A stretch of DNA of 64,000 nt from an uncultured Alphaproteobacteria bacterium. Lineage in GTDB: Bacteria > Pseudomonadota > Alphaproteobacteria > RF32 > CAG-239. Shown here piece after piece: positions 60,681 through 64,000 of the stretch (positions are counted from its first letter, which is position 1; each line of letters starts with the position of its first letter). Under the pieces are notes generated by a model. The model saw nothing but the letters and a program-made list of their open reading frames with translations, was not told the DNA's origin and did no database searches. The position numbers and the translations under genes were made by a program. The stretch is taken from the NCBI GenBank assembly GCA_944391715.1, contig CALXUP010000008.1:1036-65035 (forward strand), written 5' to 3'.

Positions 60681-61598
60681 TTGCCTAACAATAATTTTGA
60701 TAATTGTGTATCTTTTCACATTGATAACGGCGCCTTTCGCGGGCGTCTGGTTCGTCTTGACAGCGTCATCAACACAATTTTGGAAAAGCATAAATACCCG
60801 CTGCCGGTTTCTGCCGTCTTGGCCGAAAGTTCCGCTCTGGCTGTTTTGCTGGCCTCGGCGCTGAAATATGACGGACTGTTCACTTTGCAAATTCAGGGAA
60901 ACGGCCCGGTATCCCTGGTTGTCATCGATGTAACTTCCGACGGCAAAGTCCGAGCCTGCGCCCGCTTTGATGAAGAGCGCTTAAAAAAATCGCAGCGCTT
61001 ACGCAAAACCGATGACCAGATAGAACCCGCACCGCATTTTCTGGGCGAGGGTTTTCTGGCCTTTACCGTAGATCAGGGGCCGGATACCGAACTTTATCAG
61101 GGAATTGTTGACCTGCAGGGAAAAACGTTAAGCGAATGTGCCTTACGCTATTTTAAGCAGTCCGAGCAAATTGATACGGATTTGAAGCTGTTTTTCCACA
61201 CACCCGGCCAAGAAGGCAAAGACTGGTACGCCGCCGGCATTATGATTCAGAAAATTCCGGAAATCGGAGGGAAGATTAAAGAAAACGAAGAAATCTCCGA
61301 AAGCTGGGACGAAGCCAAAATCTTTATGGAAAGCCTGAAAGATGATGAAGTCTTCAATGCCGGCTTAACATCGGAAAACATTTTAACCCGGCTGTTTCAC
61401 ACACATTCTCTCGCAGTTACGGAAAGCAAAGCCTACCGTTTCGGCTGCCGCTGCTCGCGGGAAAAGCTGCGGGACACATTGGCCTCTTTCAAACCGGAAG
61501 AAATCGATGCCATGTGTGAAAACGGCAAAATCTCAGCCACCTGCCATTTCTGCTCGGAAAATTATGTTTACGACAGGGCAGAACTGCAAAAACAATAG
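60681..61598 (+). CDS. hslO: redox-regulated chaperone Hsp33
   Basis: 305 aa (TTG start) with the C-terminal zinc centre CRCSREK...CHFCSENY. Confidence 0.9.
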   Translation: MPNNNFDNCVSFHIDNGAFRGRLVRLDSVINTILEKHKYPLPVSAVLAESSALAVLLASALKYDGLFTLQIQGNGPVSLVVIDVTSDGKVRACARFDEERLKKSQRLRKTDDQIEPAPHFLGEGFLAFTVDQGPDTELYQGIVDLQGKTLSECALRYFKQSEQIDTDLKLFFHTPGQEGKDWYAAGIMIQKIPEIGGKIKENEEISESWDEAKIFMESLKDDEVFNAGLTSENILTRLFHTHSLAVTESKAYRFGCRCSREKLRDTLASFKPEEIDAMCENGKISATCHFCSENYVYDRAELQKQ

Positions 61599-61705
61599 CC
61601 AAAGCCCCGTAATGCAGGTTTAAAACCTTAAGGTTTTTTTAATGTATAATTGTTATAGTTACGCTAATCTATGGTGTAACTATAACTTTCACAGGCCCGT
61701 TAAAA

Positions 61706-62320
61706 ATGATGAAATTAAACAAAATATTCAGTATTTTGGCCGTCGCGGCATTTATTTCAGGCTGCGCTAACAACAACACTCCGGAAATTGAAAAATACAA
61801 TGCACCGCGTTATCTTGATTCCGGTGTAATTGAACTCAAAGTCAACAAAGTTGACGTTATCTCCGAATTCATCCCGGAATTTGAACGTCCGCATGTGGAA
61901 CAGCTCTTTCCGGTTTCGATTGAAAAAACTGCTCGCCTCTGGGCAAAAGACCGCTTGGATGCCGTTGACTATTCCAGCAACAAAATTGCCTCTTTCATCA
62001 TCAAAGACGCCAGCGTAACCGAAGAAGTTGAGGAATCCGGCCAGTTATTTTACAAAGACCGTCTGGTTTATAAAGCCAACCTGAATGTTGTCTTAAAAAT
62101 ATCAGACGAACTCGGAACAGATTCCGCTCAAACAGAAATCGTCGCCTGGCGTGAACTTGCCATCCCAGCAGATACTGACATTATCGAAAAAGAAAAATAC
62201 TGGAATAATATGGTACAAAAACTCTTCGATGAATTTAACGTCAAAATGGAAGAGAACATTCACAAATACTTAAATATGTATGTAGCAAACAACACCTACA
62301 TTCACACTTACGACAATTAA
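61706..62320 (+). CDS. hypothetical lipoprotein (204 aa)
   Basis: Lipobox AAFISGC. Confidence 0.6.
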   Translation: MMKLNKIFSILAVAAFISGCANNNTPEIEKYNAPRYLDSGVIELKVNKVDVISEFIPEFERPHVEQLFPVSIEKTARLWAKDRLDAVDYSSNKIASFIIKDASVTEEVEESGQLFYKDRLVYKANLNVVLKISDELGTDSAQTEIVAWRELAIPADTDIIEKEKYWNNMVQKLFDEFNVKMEENIHKYLNMYVANNTYIHTYDN

Positions 62321-62733
62321 TGTACTAACATATGTTTTTGTTTATCTGCTGAAAGGCAAAAGGTCGGGATTTTCACTTCTTGGGCAAAATCCTGGCCTTC
62401 TGTTTTAATCCGGCAGCTGCCGTAAAAAACCGCATTTGCCGCCGCTACCGGTGCCGTACTGGTATATTCAAAACATTCCCCCGGTTCCAATTCGGGAATT
62501 TCTCCTTTAAACCCGCAGGTATCGTCAGAAAAAGAATTGCCCTTATCATCCGTAATTTTCCAATTCTTACCGAGCAGACTGATTTTTCTGGAAGAATTGT
62601 TCTCAATACACAGATAATACCCCCAAAGAAAGCACTCATCATTTTTGCTTTTTTCTTCATCAATCAAAACCGGGCAGGCCGAAACCACAATCCCGTCTGT
62701 CTGGCTGAACAAGAACTCACTTTCATTGAACAT
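62317..62733 (-). CDS. apaG: ApaG (DUF525) protein
   Basis: 138 aa with ...LLGKNWKITDDKGN...GEIPELEPGECFEYTS, the ApaG pattern. Confidence 0.85.
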   Translation of the reverse strand: MFNESEFLFSQTDGIVVSACPVLIDEEKSKNDECFLWGYYLCIENNSSRKISLLGKNWKITDDKGNSFSDDTCGFKGEIPELEPGECFEYTSTAPVAAANAVFYGSCRIKTEGQDFAQEVKIPTFCLSADKQKHMLVH

Positions 62734-62957
62734 TTAGGCACTCTCTTGCAATTCGTTAATGATTAGTTAATTTTTATTTAAGCTTTTTAAGATTCGCAAC
62801 AGCCGTCTGCGTCCGACTCGCAACTTATTCACAAAAAACTCGCCTCCAAATTTTATAACTATTTTATCCCCAGAAAAATTTCCGATTCTCTGTTTTTTCA
62901 AACCGTTATTGTAGCAAAAATTTTCCCGATTCTTTTTCAAATCTGCCTGCCGGGCAC

Positions 62958-62985
62958 AAAAAAACGGGGTAAAAACCCCGTTTTA
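62958..62985 (-). terminator. intrinsic terminator after the ACP gene
   Basis: Stem cgggg (62965-62969) / ccccg (62976-62980), flanked by A/T runs on both sides. Confidence 0.65.
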
Positions 62986-63016
62986 TTCCACACTTTCTGA
63001 CATTTGTCCCAGTCGG

Positions 63017-63313
63017 TTATTCCGGATTTATCCTGCCGACAAGTTCCAATTTTCCCCGGCACAGATTATACATATCATCAACGGTCTGCACCCGGTTGTT
63101 CTCCTCATCTAAGATAACAATATTAAACTTCTTCTCTAACAGAATAAGTGTCTCCATGATATCCAAAGAATCTGCCCCGAAATCATTTTTAAGATTAGAA
63201 GTCAAATCCACCCTATCAATCTCCACACAAAACTTGTCTGCCACAATCTGTTTAATTTCTTGTTCCAATTGAGATTTAGTCAAATTTCCTTTCATGTTTT
63301 TTACATTTTTCAT
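63017..63313 (-). CDS. acyl carrier protein homologue (98 aa)
   Basis: The phosphopantetheine site motif FGADSLDIMETLILLEKKF. Confidence 0.8.
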   Translation of the reverse strand: MKNVKNMKGNLTKSQLEQEIKQIVADKFCVEIDRVDLTSNLKNDFGADSLDIMETLILLEKKFNIVILDEENNRVQTVDDMYNLCRGKLELVGRINPE

Positions 63314-63448
63314 AATAAATATTTATAAGATTAATAATTTTTCAGGCGGCAAAATGCCGTCTTCTGTCAGTCGTTCCTTTTTCCGGACAAGCGGATATGT
63401 TCATAAAAAAGAACTGTCTCCCTGTCTGCTTCCGGCATAAGATGGCGT

Positions 63449-63916
63449 TTATTTTCCGTCTTTCGTCTTTTTTGCTGCCTTTTCTGACAGTCGTTGGACG
63501 CAAAAGCGCTGAAAATCTGCAACAGTCTTCAAAGATTCGATTACGGTATTAGGTATGCGTATATCAAACTCTTTTTCCAAACTCATAACCACCTCAATTA
63601 CATCCAAAGAATCAGCTCCGAGATCCCAGGTTAAAACCGCGGACGGCACCACCTCCGTATCCGAAGAACAAAGTGTTTTCATAATCACGGTTTTTACGCG
63701 GATACAAACTTCCTGTTCAGTTTCCTTTCCCGAAAGAGAAGAAAAATCTTCAGCTTTTTCAAAAGGATTTTTCCAAATACAACCAATTGCACCAAGCTGG
63801 TTTTTTGTGTCGCAATAAAATTTATTGGCTGTTTCATCCCAATAAAAATAAATCGGGAAACTCCCATTTTCAATCAGAGCCGCCAACTGTTTGTTATCAA
63901 TTTCTACCATAATCAT
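63449..63916 (-). CDS. acyl carrier protein domain with a ~70-aa N-terminal extension
   Basis: LGADSLDVIEVVMSLEKEF. I place the start at the ATG at 63914-63916, which overlaps the stop of the upstream ORF (ATGA). Confidence 0.7.
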   Translation of the reverse strand: MIMVEIDNKQLAALIENGSFPIYFYWDETANKFYCDTKNQLGAIGCIWKNPFEKAEDFSSLSGKETEQEVCIRVKTVIMKTLCSSDTEVVPSAVLTWDLGADSLDVIEVVMSLEKEFDIRIPNTVIESLKTVADFQRFCVQRLSEKAAKKTKDGK

Positions 63917-64000
63917 AAAGATTTTAAACGTCCTTGCTCCATAAGTTTTTGTTTGCACAAACCATACAAATCACCGACTGTCTGAATTTCCTCAACTTCT
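63913..64000 (-). CDS. C-terminal end of a third ACP-like gene (partial; runs off the window)
   Basis: Manual translation gives ...EVEEIQTVGDLYGLCKQKLMEQGRLKSL stop. The ACP-like C-terminal helix pattern matches the two downstream paralogues (TVDDMYNLCRGKL, TVADFQRFCVQRL). Confidence 0.55.
   Translation of the reverse strand, partial: EVEEIQTVGDLYGLCKQKLMEQGRLKSL

Overview
The window looks like a moderately AT-rich alphaproteobacterium-type chromosome. The evidence is the EF-Tu sequence style, the secE-nusG-rplKAJL-rpoBC and rpsLG-fusA-tuf-rpsJ-rplCDW clusters, kdsD-lptCAB-rpoN-hpf-ptsN, a DUF1150 gene and GANTC-rich intergenic regions. No taxonomic search was possible. About three quarters is core housekeeping DNA: ribosomal protein and translation factor genes (1-8.3 kb), kdsD-lptCAB-rpoN-hpf-ptsN, a sensor kinase, infA, folD, miaB-phoH-ybeY-lnt and metK-trmB (8.7-27.9 kb), rpoC-rpoB (30.6-39.0 kb), rplL/J/A/K-nusG-secE (40.4-44.7 kb), and recX, hslO, apaG and tandem ACP genes (60-64 kb). 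The main result is a ~15-kb composite accessory island (about 44.7-59.9 kb) lying between secE and a tRNA-Trp(CCA) gene on the minus strand at 59900-59975. These two genes are normally adjacent. The island has three short cassettes (1.4, 0.75 and 0.86 kb). Each is bounded by a hairpin-terminator module ending in a copy of the tRNA 3' end (TGGCAG...). A further ~11.9-kb element follows. It carries two tandem serine recombinases, a Rep-like gene with iteron-like repeats, a short tyrosine recombinase, an autotransporter, a lipoprotein hydrolase and an 11 x GPGGGLYT repeat protein. The large serine recombinase ORF ends inside the tRNA 3' end. The same TGG-CAG frame stays open for 37 more codons, with no start codon, at the far end of the element. 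Excision to a circle would therefore swap the recombinase C-terminus. Other oddities are a G-domain-less EF-Tu domain II-III paralogue next to tuf, opposite-strand ORFs and nested palindromes interrupting the rplKAJL-rpoBC cluster, a lysis-cassette-like gene set downstream of rpoC, and a reiterated GAGTC(TAAAA) motif upstream of translation operons. All functional calls rest on by-eye motif recognition. No database search was run.
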